Below, piece after piece: positions 1 to 11,344 of a stretch of DNA of 32,901 nucleotides. This DNA comes from Octopus sinensis. Taxonomy: Eukaryota. Position 1 is the stretch's first letter. Each line of letters starts with the position of its first letter. Position numbers and translations under genes: made by a program. The stretch spans positions 1-32,901 of the forward strand of contig NW_021832728.1 of assembly GCF_006345805.1 (NCBI RefSeq), given 5' to 3'. Below the pieces are notes generated by a model. It ran no database searches and was not told where the DNA came from. It saw only the letters and a program-made list of their open reading frames with translations.

Positions 1-115
1 TGTATGTATGTATGTATGTATGTTTATGTATATATAAGCACATGCACCACACACGCACACATGTCTGTATGCATACACACACACCACAACACACACACAG
101 CACCACACACACACA

Positions 116-148
<33 letters not shown>

Positions 149-212
149 CATACATATACATACATATATTTTCTGAGTCTGTTTATTTGTCAAAAATATT
201 ATAATAATACTA

Positions 213-257
<45 letters not shown>

Positions 258-259
258 GT

Positions 260-296
<37 letters not shown>

Positions 297-300
297 AATG
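213..300. repeat. (GAT)n microsatellite, within a 1-520 block of (TATG)n/(CA)n/(TA)n/(TG)n repeats
   Basis: Direct reading; accounts for the poly-M/poly-D ORF at 213. Confidence 0.95.
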
Positions 301-374
301 TGATCAAAAATATAATATACTCTGTTTCAACAACACGATTTCCTTTAGCAATTTGCAGAAATTTGCATATAAAT

Positions 375-418
<44 letters not shown>

Positions 419-521
419 TATCTATAATATATATATATATATATATATACATACATACATATATTTATATAATGTGTGTGTGTGTGTGTGTGTATGCGCG
501 CATTTGTGTGCGTGTGTGCAA

Positions 522-985
522 TAATAAATCTCTGAGCGAGATGTAAACAGTAGCAGCGCAGCATCGTGAAGTTTGTGGCTGACCCCTTATGGGGCGATGC
601 TACTGTAGTTTATAGCCCCAGGAAGACATCTCCCCCGACTGTCTAACAACACTGTCTGTGTCCTATCAGTATTTGCGAAGGGAAATCATCGTTACCATTT
701 CTAGCCTGAGGTGATACACACGGTCCCTGGTCATCGACCTTTTGTCACTGGAAAAAGCATGATAGTATTTCGCGTTCGAAATCACTTCTCGTCCCCCTAC
801 CCGGTGATTGTCACACGCTGATGACGGGTTACTACTCGGAAACCCAGGTCCGGGCGTATCAGGTTGATCAGGAACGGACAGTGAGTCGTTAGCCAGCTGG
901 AGGAGATGTCTTCCTGGGGCTATAAACTACAGTAGGGTCGTCCTATATGATCAGCCACATTTAGTTAGCAAATATACTTCACGAT
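522..985 (+). mobile_element. Fold-back element with long inverted arms enclosing a hammerhead motif (Penelope pLTR-like/retrozyme-like)
   Basis: Arms ~563-657 and ~877-985 are inverted. The 34-bp core ctactgtagtttatagccccaggaagacatctcc (600-633) is the exact reverse complement of 902-935. The right arm ends in (TA)n. Confidence 0.7.
812..856 (+). ncRNA. Type I hammerhead ribozyme motif (stem I degenerate)
   Basis: CUGAUGA 818-824; stem II cgggu/acucg with loop uacu; GAAA 839-842; minimal stem III C-ccag-G; GUC cleavage triplet 848-850; stem I cacacg/cgggcg pairs at only 4 of 6. Confidence 0.65.
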
Positions 986-1008
986 ATATATATACATATA
1001 CATATACA

Positions 1009-1084
<76 letters not shown>

Positions 1085-1094
1085 CACATAAATA

Positions 1095-1136
<42 letters not shown>

Positions 1137-1371
1137 TATTTATATATATAATATATATATATATTAGTGAAATAGAAAGATGAATAATCTTGTAGTAGAT
1201 TAATTAAAAGTTTAACCGATACCTTATAGCAAAAATCACAGCAGTAAACAGCACGGTTGGAGGTACAACCATATGGTGTTGCAACCGTGCGTTGGTGCGG
1301 ATAATTGAAATTAAAACATTATTGGTGAATTGAAGAAATGGAGCTGAACGCAGATTGAACAGAAATCGTTT

Positions 1372-1464
1372 TATTTCATTCTACACGTGTTTCGAAAGGC
1401 ACAAATTACCAAAATCCGATTGATAATGGGACCATATTGTGTCTTTCTCTTCAGGAAGAAAATA
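1372..1464 (-). ncRNA. Type I hammerhead ribozyme with long stem II and palindromic stem III
   Basis: Minus strand reads uauuuucuuc-CUGAAGA-gaaagacacaa...uugugccuuuc-GAAA-CACGUG-UA-gaaugaaaua. Stem I pairs 9/10, stem II pairs 10/11, and ACACGUGU is a palindrome. Confidence 0.85.
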
Positions 1465-2401
1465 GGAAATCCGTTGGAAAAACAAAAACGAACAGAGGCG
1501 GAGCAAAAACAAATCGAACTATGCTCCTAAGAGCCCATGGCGAAACTGTTTATCAGTGTATGTTGAGAACCGGTGGCTGAAGAAATTAAACGGGTCAGGC
1601 ATCGGTCAATCATGTGGGTGAGGGTGTGTGGGTGTTCTTTGTGACCGAGAATAAAGTTCTGACTATTTAAGGAATATTGGATGTTTTATAAGGGGCGAGA
1701 AAAAATCTACTTAGAGACGTGTGTGTGTGTATACTGTCTATATATGTGTGTGTTGGCGTAGGGGTAGAAAACATTTTTTGTGTACGTGTGTGCGTTTGAT
1801 CGTTCGGCTGTCAGTGGCTACTGCCGCGAGAACCGTTGGGTGGCAGAAAAAAAAAAATATTATTATGTTTTATGTGTGTGTGTGTTCATCTAAGCCTGCC
1901 TTATCAAGGAAACCCCCGCTGTGAAAAAACCAAGCCCCGTTTGTCTTACAGGAGTAATTGATAAGGCAGGCTTAGATGAACACACACACACATAAAACAT
2001 AATATATATATATTTTTTTTCTGCCACCCAACGGTTCTCGCGGCAGTAGCCACTGACAGCCGAACGATCAAACGCACACACGTACACAAAAAATGTTTTC
2101 TACCCCTACGCCAACACACACATATATAGAACAGTATACACACACACACGTCTCTAAGTAGATTTTTTCTCGCCCCTTATAAAACATCCAATATTCCTTA
2201 AATAGTCAGAACTTTATTCTCGGTCACAAAGAACACCCACACACCCTCACCCACATGATTGACCGATGCCTGACCCGTTAATTCTTCAGCCACCGTCTCT
2301 CAACATACACTGATAAACAGTTTTTCGCCATGGGCTCTTAGGAGCATAGTCGATTTGTTTTTGCTCCGCCTCTGTTCTGTTTTGTTTTTCCAACGGATTC
2401 C

Positions 2402-2493
2402 TATTTTCTTCCTGAAGAGAAAGACAAATATGGTCCCATTATTCAATCGGATTTTGGTAATTGTTGCCTTCGAAACACGTGTAGAATGAAATA
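2402..2493 (+). ncRNA. Type I hammerhead ribozyme (mirror copy of 1372-1464)
   Basis: CUGAAGA 2412-2418; GAAA 2472-2475; CACGUG; GUA triplet 2481-2483; stem I tattttcttc/gaatgaaata; stem II has small indels. Confidence 0.8.
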
Positions 2494-2584
2494 AAACGAT
2501 TTCTGTTCAATCTGCGTTGAGCTCCATTTCTTCAATTCACCAATAATGTTTTATATATATATATATATATACACACACATACAC

Positions 2585-2690
<106 letters not shown>

Positions 2691-2757
2691 CATATACATT
2701 CATACATATATATCCTTGGTACAGAATTACATATATTTGAAAGAATGAGTAAAACGT

Positions 2758-3133
2758 GGCGAACTTGCAGAAATGTTAGCATGCCGGCCGAAATGTTTAG
2801 CGGTATTTCATCTGTCTTTACATTCTGAGTTCAAATTCCGCCGAAATCGACTTTGCTTTTCATCCTTTCGGGGTCGATAAATTAAGTACCAGTTACGAAC
2901 TGGGGTCGATGTAATCGACTTAATACCTATGTCAGTCCTTGTTTGCTCCCTCTGTGTTTAGCCCGTTGTGGGTAATAAAGAAATAGGTATTTCATCTGTC
3001 TTTACTTCTGCCGAAATGGACTTTGCTTTTCATTCTTTCGGGGTCGATAAATTAAGTACCAGTTACGCAGTGGGGTCGATCTAATCAACTGGCCCCCTCC
3101 CCCAAAATTACGGGTCTTCTCCCTAGAGTAGAA
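2758..3133 (+). mobile_element. tRNA-derived SINE with Nin/Deu-like domain, internally duplicated
   Basis: Head ggcgaacttgcagaaatgttagc with B-box gagttcaaattcc, followed by two copies of gct/cttttcatcctttcggggtcgataaattaagtacc (Nin-domain-like). Confidence 0.85.
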
Positions 3134-3150
3134 CCCTCTCTCCGTCTCTC

Positions 3151-3207
<57 letters not shown>

Positions 3208-3230
3208 ATATAATATATATATATATATAT

Positions 3231-3455
3231 ATTTCTTTACTGCCCACAAGGGGCTAAACATAGAGGGGACAAACAAGGACAGACGAAGGGATTGAGTCGA
3301 TTATATCGCTCCCAGTGCGAAACTGGTACTTAATTTATTGACCCCGAAAGGATGAAAGGCAAAGTTGACCTCGGCGGAATTTGAACTCAGAACGTAACGA
3401 CAGACGAAATACCGCTAAGCATTTCGCCCGGCGCGCTAACGTGTCTGCCAGCTCG

Positions 3456-3457
<2 letters not shown>
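3231..3457 (-). mobile_element. Nin/Deu-domain SINE
   Basis: Reverse complement of the same family as 2758, 5059, 23250, 27658 and 28424. Confidence 0.9.
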
Positions 3458-3488
<31 letters not shown>

Positions 3489-3771
3489 GTGTGTGTGCAT
3501 ATATAAAGAAAACGGAAGCATGTGTGAAGAAGAAGCGTCACAACAACAAAAGGAAAGAAGAAAGAAGGCGGAAAAGGGGAAGGAGAAGACGAGAAAAAAG
3601 TAAATGATATCAAGAAAAAATAAATATAAAAATAAAATTAAAGATAGAGAATAAGATTAAAGAATAAGAGAACGGGGGTGGGGTAAGATTTAAGTCTGTC
3701 AAGAATAACCCAATGGAAAATTTAAGAATGACTTATTTTTGTGGGCTGGATCTATGCCCACACACAACATA

Positions 3772-3825
<54 letters not shown>

Positions 3826-3828
<3 letters not shown>

Positions 3829-4160
3829 GGGTAAAGACCCCCTTCGGTCAGGCACTGACCATGGGTTTGCACCTAGAGAGATACCCTCTGAGGCACAAGT
3901 CTGGGCAAGGTTGTTTATGGAAGACCAATAGTCGCCCATGCATACCGGCCTCCCCTCTCCACGTCACCGATGTTGTCCAAGGGAAAGGCAAGGGCCGATA
4001 CAGCTTGGCACCTGTGACGTCGCAACTCATTTCTACAGCTGAGTGAACTGGAGCAACGTGAAATAAAGTGCCTTGCTCATGAACACAACACGCAGCCCGG
4101 TCCGGGATTCGAGCTCACAACCTCACGATCGTAAGCTCGACGCTCTAACCACTGAGCCAT
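3826..4160 (-). mobile_element. tRNA-derived SINE with Meta/CORE-like central domain
   Basis: Minus strand has A-box atggctcagtggttagagc and B-box-like gctcgaatccc, then ttgtgttcatgagcaaggcactttatttcacgttgctccagttcactcagctgtagaaatgagt; flanked by (TA)n. Confidence 0.8.
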
Positions 4161-4170
4161 ATACATACAC

Positions 4171-4204
<34 letters not shown>

Positions 4205-4449
4205 GACATATATATACATACACACACACATACACACATTCATACATACATTTACATATACACTAACATACTTAGATATACATCATACATGGATATAAGC
4301 ACACATACGTGAATATTTTCATACTTTTATACTTATCACATTGTGTACAGACACACACACACAGAGTCACACAAGCTCAGTACAGACTTACACACAGAAA
4401 CTCATACACACACACGCGCACACACAACACACACACACACACACATACA

Positions 4450-4484
<35 letters not shown>

Positions 4485-4810
4485 CCTCCCTCTCTCTAAT
4501 AAGTAATTTTCCGAACATCATTTTGTGGTGTACCTGAACATATCATTAATGACGGTCATTTAATGATTGGGTCTTTCATTAATCAGGCACCCTCACACAG
4601 CAAGGGTCGGTCAAGCTCTAGTTTGTGTCTATTTAGCCTTCCCGGATCTGTTCAGTTTGGCGCACAGATTTTTTATTAATTTCTTTTATTTAACTAAACA
4701 GTTTAAAACTTTGTGTACTGGTGGAATGTCTCACGCAGAACACGGTTTACTTTGGTATATTTTTGACAAAATTTGATATTTTAGAAGTTATTTCGTGTTA
4801 AAGATGCGAC

Positions 4811-4910
4811 CAATCGGTGTCCCGTCCATGTGGGGAAAATATATGCCATGAAAACCGAGAAACCGGCCCTTATGGGTCTGTACAACTCGGGAAGGAACTC
4901 CACTTTACTA
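4811..4910 (+). mobile_element. SINE 3' tail fragment (V-domain-like)
   Basis: gtcccgtcca...gaaaccgagaaaccggcccttatg resembles the tails of the SINEs at 8720 and 22751. Confidence 0.55.
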
Positions 4911-5058
4911 CATTAAATAAATAGACAGATAAAAGCAGACAGTGCTAAGCAGCAAGAATGCTAACTATCCGCGGAACTGAAGAAATTTTAATAACCGGTT
5001 AAACCAGCAAGAAAAAAAAAAGACCTCTTAAGCAGGGTTCAAATTAGACGCGCCTCAA

Positions 5059-5610
5059 GGCGGCAAGCTGGTAGAATCGTTAGCACGCCGGGGAAAATGC
5101 ATAGCGGTATTTTGTCTGTCTTTACGTTCTGAGTTCAAATTCCGCCGAGGTCGACTTTGCCTTTCATCCTTTCGGGGTCGATAAATTAAGTACCAGTTAC
5201 GCACTGGGTCGATGTAATCAACTTAATCCGTTTGTCTGTCCTTGTTTGTCCTCTCAGTGGGTAGTAAAGAAATAGGTATTTCGTCTGTCTTTATGTTCTG
5301 AGTTCAAATTCCGTCGAGGTCGACTTTGACTTTCATCCTTTTGGGGTCAATAAATTAAGTACTAGTTACGCACTGGGGTCAATGTAATCGACTTAATCCC
5401 TTTGTCTGTCCTTGTTTGCCCCTCTATGTTTAGCCCCTCGTGGGCAATAAAGGAATAAGAATCGTTAACACGCCGGACAAAATGCTTAGTGGCATTTCGT
5501 CCGCCTTTATGCTCTGAGTTCAAATTCTACCGAGGTCATTTTGCCTCTCATCCTTTGAAGTCGATAAAATAAGTACCAGTTGAACTCTGGGGTCAATGTT
5601 GTCAACTTAC
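5059..5610 (+). mobile_element. Nin/Deu-domain SINE, trimeric
   Basis: Three tandem B-box+Nin units at ~5059-5275, 5276-5457 and 5457-5610. Confidence 0.85.
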
Positions 5611-6090
5611 ATAACCACCTCGGTATTACTAGCCTTCTGCAATGTCTCGACACGCCTTGATGAATTTGGAATCTGAATAAAAATTAATTATAAATGCCTT
5701 TTTTGAAAAAATAAAATCTTCGGACTTCTGTTATATCGAAAGGGCTTCAAGAATTTCAACACTTACAGACGCCTTATGTTACGATTTCTAAATATCTTCG
5801 ATTTCTCTCATCAGTATCACCATCGTTTTAGCGTCTACATTTCCATGCTTGCAACGGCTGGATGGACTTTCTTGAGGTGCATATTCTATGGACGGATGCT
5901 TCTCCTGTCGTAAACCCTCATACGTTTACATGGGAGATTGGAAACAAAGGCCATCGCATGCATAGTGGTGACACTCGTTTACAACCATCAAGACAAAGAG
6001 ACCGTAACACACACACGCACTTCCTTATACATGCATGAATACATACATACATACATACATACATACATACATACATACATACATACATAC

Positions 6091-6310
6091 AGACCCTTCT
6101 GCCCGGCAGTCAGTCGCCATGATAGATCGTTAGCCACTACACACATTTTTTTCTCTCCTTGTTTCTCTCCTTGTTTTCAGTGTCCCTTTCTGTAGAAGAG
6201 CGTAGGCTCGAAACGTAAAAGACTTTTTCTATTCCTGAGCGTTATACTAATACATCTGTTTGTTTTCTACACCACTTGTCTTCGTCTTTTGTTTTTTTCG
6301 TAAACTCTCC
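6091..6310 (+). mobile_element. Short element between (TACA)n tracts with a minimal hammerhead-like motif
   Basis: Flanked on both sides by (TACA)n; its 3' part (6243-6310) recurs inverted at 14813-14879. Confidence 0.7.
6186..6221 (+). ncRNA. Minimal hammerhead-like motif, variant core
   Basis: cuuu-CUGUAGA-a-gagc(guag)gcuc-GAAA-CG-UA-aaag. A6 is replaced by U, there is an extra A after A9, and stem III is reduced to palindromic ACGU. Confidence 0.55.
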
Positions 6311-6683
6311 ATACATACATACATACATACATACATACATACATACATACATACATACATACATACATAGACCAATTGAATAAACCTATCAGTAACGGCC
6401 CTATAGTTACCACTGGAAACAGCTGTAAGCCAAATTTACTTTAATAAAGAAAACTATGTAATGACCTTTACCTATACCTTGTCTTATGTATCACTCCGTG
6501 CAAAAACCAGTTTGACTGGAGCCCATCCACGGATTTATAATACTGAATTGTGATGAACCATAAACTCGGACCTTGCTATAAGAATACCCAGAGTTCTTTA
6601 CTAATCTAAATAATAGCGTGTGTATGTATGTATGTATGTATGTATGTATGTATGTATGTATATGTATCTATATGTATGTATAT

Positions 6684-6757
<74 letters not shown>

Positions 6758-6789
6758 TGTATGTAATAGATACATATATACACACACTT

Positions 6790-6936
6790 ACGACCGTCTA
6801 CTTTCAGTTTCCATCTACCAAAGCTACTCACGAGTCTTTGGTTGGCCCGGAGCTGTAACAGAAGATGGTTGATTAAGTTGCCGCGCATTGGGACTGAACC
6901 AGAAATCATGTGGTTACCACGCAACCACACCTGCAC
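6790..6936 (-). mobile_element. Diverged tRNA/CORE-type SINE, 5' half
   Basis: Similar to 21700-21865, 25225-25389 and 31570-31717. Confidence 0.75.
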
Positions 6937-7424
6937 TATCTCTGTAAACTATAATTTGAGGTACACGAACTCTGCTAGCCAAAATAAATCAGTGAAATTT
7001 GATCTCTTATTTGACATGTGTTAATAAGTTCCAAAATCTTATTGGTGGCCCCAAGCATAAAACTTTATACGTGTTCCTCTTTTATCGCTACAAAAATTTG
7101 ATGAATTGTAAATCTCTTTCTACTTCGACAAAACTTAGGGCAAATGCCTTCATAATTTGTTTTATTGTCCTCATATGACTGCCGCTTTCTGGTGCGCCAG
7201 GAAAATTATTTAAATCTGTTTTAAATTTTAGATCTTATTTAGTTCGTTCCATTTTACTGCTTAAAGACTTTGAGGGACTTCGACCTCTTCAATATTCCAC
7301 GAAGTGGGCTTCAAAACATCTAATAATTTTCCAAGTTTAGTTTTATTAAAATCAAAATCTAAATTATCTATTCTTAAGCGCTGTTTATTTTTTCCTTCAT
7401 AATCTTACTTTATTTTATCAATTA

Positions 7425-7830
7425 CTAGCAGTATCGCCCGGCGTTGCTCGGGTTTGTAAGGGAAATAACTATATAAGCATTTTTAGAGAGTTATAGTAAA
7501 AAAAATAGCAAAAAAAGGCATTCAAAATGAAAAAAAAATGATGGTAAATTTTTTTTTTAATCGTTGACTCATCGTAGACATTTTTAGAGAGTTACTTCCC
7601 TTATATGATAGGCAAAAAAATGCATTAAAATGGAAAAAAAAAATGATGTAAATTTTTTTTTTAAATCGTAGACTCATTGTAGACGCGCGCTAATACCCAG
7701 AAGGGCTCGATATGAATCACGACTATAGATACCGGTTTGGTTTAAGTTAAACTGCACCGCAAAATGTGGGAGTAGTTAGGAATCTAAATCGTCGGAGACA
7801 GACACACAACCTTACTTTTATATATAAAGA
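7425..7830 (-). mobile_element. Non-autonomous Helitron
   Basis: Minus strand starts A|TC (tctttatatataaaag) and ends with hairpin cccgagcaacgccggg then gatactgCTAG|T. Contains an internal tandem duplication. Confidence 0.85.
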
Positions 7831-8526
7831 TTTTATCAATGAAGTTTTCTCATTGAGCGAATGATTTACACTTTTCGTTTCCATCAAACTTCACGCATTT
7901 AATAGGATCATTTTGTACTACTAGACTCATTAATTCATGCTAATCCTCCGGTTTTCCTATTATATAAACAAATTTATTCTACGCCTAAGGATTTTTGTCA
8001 GCCTTTATGAAACATATCCATTCTTCTTGTCGTACTTTTCATAATAGTTCGTACATTAGGTAAGTGAAACTTTGTTTTCAATCTGTATTTCACACCAGAA
8101 AACCTGTTTAGAGTTGAGGAAACTAATGAATAGATGAACAACATCATACTGTTTTAGTAGATTTGATTCTTCAGTAAACCTATTCTGAGTCAAATGACAC
8201 GGTTTAATTATATTATTTCAATACAATGCTCTTCTGAAAATATATGAAACTGACACTTTTATCAGACTGGTGACATTAATGAATCCATTTGTAACAGCCT
8301 CATAAGTAAGTTCTAGTCGATGACTCAAATAATACCAAATTATAGTCCCCAGAAAGGAAGTTTTAATCTCTCGTAGCATTAAACAAAAACAAATAGTTAT
8401 ATGAATACAATGGCTATTTAATATACTGCGAGTGATAAAAGGAGTGGTGGTATAGGGACAGAAATAAAGCGGCGTAATTTTGGGTAGGTGATAAATACAA
8501 ATACACAATTACACGCATGGATATAT

Positions 8527-8662
<136 letters not shown>

Positions 8663-8719
8663 TATATACATATATATATATATACTATATATATACCTAG
8701 ATTATATATATATAACGAT

Positions 8720-9020
8720 AAACGTCGCCCTTTTCAAGCCTAGCTAGGTTCATGGGCCCGCTTTCCCGGTTTCTGTGGTGTATGTGTTCCTCCCAGCTGG
8801 ACGGGACGCCAGTCCATCGTAGCGTTACTCAAGAAATAGGAAAAGAGAGAAAGTTGTGGCGAAAGCGTACAACAGGGGTCGCCACCACACCCTGCCGGAG
8901 CATCGTGAAGCTTTTAGGTGTTTTCGCTCAATAAACACACACAACGCCCGGTCTGAGAATCGAAACCGCGATCCTCCGACCACGAGTCCGCTGCCCTAAC
9001 CACTTGGCCATTGTGCTTCC
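8720..9020 (-). mobile_element. tRNA-derived SINE (head shared with 15545, 20454 and 22751) with V-domain-like tail
   Basis: A/B boxes tggccaagtggttagggc...ggtttcgattc; tail gatggactggcgtcccgtccag. Confidence 0.85.
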
Positions 9021-9087
9021 ACATGGATATACACGCACACAGACACACACACATATATACATATATAAATGCACACAATCATTCTCA

Positions 9088-9560
9088 TATGCAAAGTGCT
9101 TTCCAGAAGGCTCTAGATTTTTCAGGGGAGACATTTATTAATTTCAAACAAGTATAAAATTTTAATCTCTTCAAAATAATATCTTCTGTCTTCAGTTCAC
9201 CTGTAGCGCTCCAGTCATTCCGTGAAGGCCCCACACAAGTCCCCCAAAGTGAAGGGGTCTAGTCCCTTTGTCACATCTTCTCAATGCCTTCAAAACGTCT
9301 GCCCTTTAGGTTCTCCTTCAGCTTAGGGAACAACCAAACGTCACAGAGTGGAAGGTTTGGACTGTAGGGCGCGTGAAGGACAGTTTTGAGGCCCATCTCT
9401 GTCAAGTAGCTTGTTACCAGGAGGGAATTATAAACTGGTGCATGTCAGAGTTGCTGGTGCAGAAGGCATGTACATTAGGAGCTCCAGCATTTTGCGGCAG
9501 AATCTCTTCCTGAACCCGTTCAAAACTCATAAAAAATACTCTTGGTAGTCATCTGGCCAA
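9088..9560 (-). mobile_element. Decayed mariner transposase C-terminus and 3' end
   Basis: Manual translation LVTSYLTEMGLKTVLHAPYSPNLPLCDVWLFPKLKENLKGRRFEGIE matches the mariner HPPYSPDLAPCDFWLFPKLK motif; frameshifted elsewhere. Confidence 0.85.
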
Positions 9561-9889
9561 AATGACATCAAGAGTTATTTCCCCTGCTTATCGTTTATGC
9601 ATATATAACAAAGAAGAAAAAAAAAAACGAAACATCTAGATTTACCAAACCAAATTTTAATGAGTTCAAGCTAGTCACTCACTGAGTGTTTCTGCCAAAT
9701 TTGGTGAAAATCCGTTCAGATGTTTACCAGTAATTTTGCAAACACACAGACAAACAAACCAAGACGAGGGACTGCAGTACACTGCTTTCGCTTACGCACG
9801 CAAGAAAAAATGTACTAAAATTACTATAAACTAGGACAGTTATCAATCATACTCCTAAGAAAAGTTTCAAAACTTCTAGACTGCGCCTC

Positions 9890-9927
<38 letters not shown>

Positions 9928-10339
9928 ACACACGCACACATGCATATGTAATTATGTATGCGTGTGTGTGTGTGTATACAAATATACATATAAACGCCTA
10001 TGCACATTTTTTTTACTCTGTACATGGCCAATAAACCTTAACAACTTAATTTAATAACACATTGAACAATTAAGCAATTATAGCTAAATAGAATTGTTCG
10101 TACGAGTAATCTGACTCTGAAATAACTGATAAAATAACTCCTCCAAGTAGATATCTCTTCGGGGCTTATCAAAAGATTACCGCCTGATGTTATTAACGAA
10201 AATAGCACAACATCCATTTCTCTCTGATCGATGTGAAACAGCTCCAATATACCAATGTCTATGTACATATAAACGTGAGCATTACAGAGAGGTCAGAACG
10301 TCGAACGGCTTATCTAGCCGTGTTTTTTCCACTCACAAG

Positions 10340-10405
10340 TTCCTGGTGTTCAATTTCTGCCGAGGTCAACTTTACCTTTCATCCTTTTCCGGCCGATAAA
10401 TAAAA
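10340..10405 (+). mobile_element. Nin-SINE fragment
   Basis: gttcaatttctgccgaggtcaactttacctttcatcctttt...gataaat. Confidence 0.65.
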
Positions 10406-10615
10406 CGGCCGTCAGGTGCAAATGGAGGGTTCACTTTCCTCCGCCTATTATACCTTTGGACGCTCTGCCGAGTCAATTAGTGGGAAGGACGATAAGATAT
10501 CTATGTCGGCTTGCAGTTACACTGCAAAAGATAAGCATTGACAATACCGAATTATACACGATAGCAGTTATAGTCCACGTGCATGTGTGTGTGTGTGTGT
10601 GCATATATATAAGAT

Positions 10616-10681
<66 letters not shown>

Positions 10682-10682
10682 T

Positions 10683-10713
<31 letters not shown>

Positions 10714-11344
10714 TATATATACTATATATATCTATATATATATATCTATATATATATAATAATATATATTATATCTATATATAATATATTATTATATATA
10801 TATATATAATATATATTATAATATGTTGAAAATGCAAAGACGATCTGGAACTCGACTGGGTAATAGGAAGCTTCGAATGACCCGTCCCTGCTTTTTTCCT
10901 TTCCTTTTTGTATCGTCTTACTGTCCGGATGTTTTGTTGTCGCCTGTTACGTTGTTGTTCCATTTTTTGTTTTCTTTATATATATCTCATATTTATCTTA
11001 TATTAAACTTTTAATACTTTTTGATAGTTATATTTAAAAAAATAAATAAATAAATAAATAAAATAATAATTTTTTAAATTTTAACTTTAATTTAAATATT
11101 TTAAATTTTTGAATTTTATATTTTATATTTTTTTTATTAATTAATTTTATTTCTATGCATTGGTTTATGATTTTCACTGTTTGATTTGCCTAATAGTGGT
11201 TTTATCTCTAATTTAATATAATATATATATACTTATACTATAAAATTAGATTTAATCCTAAATCTAATTTTTCCTGTAAGTTTGGATTACTCCCTAATAT
11301 TATTATATATATGATATATATATCTAATATATATATTATATATA

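Larger units (their letters stand above)
1312..2553. repeat. ~600-bp inverted repeat (1312-1907 / 1958-2553, 50-bp spacer), each arm carrying a hammerhead; Penelope-like inverted pLTR
   Basis: The arms are near-identical reverse complements differing mainly by small indels. The left side extends to ~1165 and both outer ends abut (TA)n. Confidence 0.9.

Noticed and set aside
1908-1957. Spacer of the large inverted repeat as a leftover PacBio hairpin adapter
   Set aside because: The sequence does not resemble the SMRTbell adapter; another fold-back artefact remains possible.
5059-5610. Regularly spaced repeats suggesting a CRISPR array
   Set aside because: The units are whole SINE modules with no unique spacers and no cas genes, in a eukaryotic context.
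9640-9810. Possible Helentron/HINE fragment
   Set aside because: Only a generic internal resemblance (aaatttggtgaaaatccgttcag...acagacaaacaaac); no termini identified.
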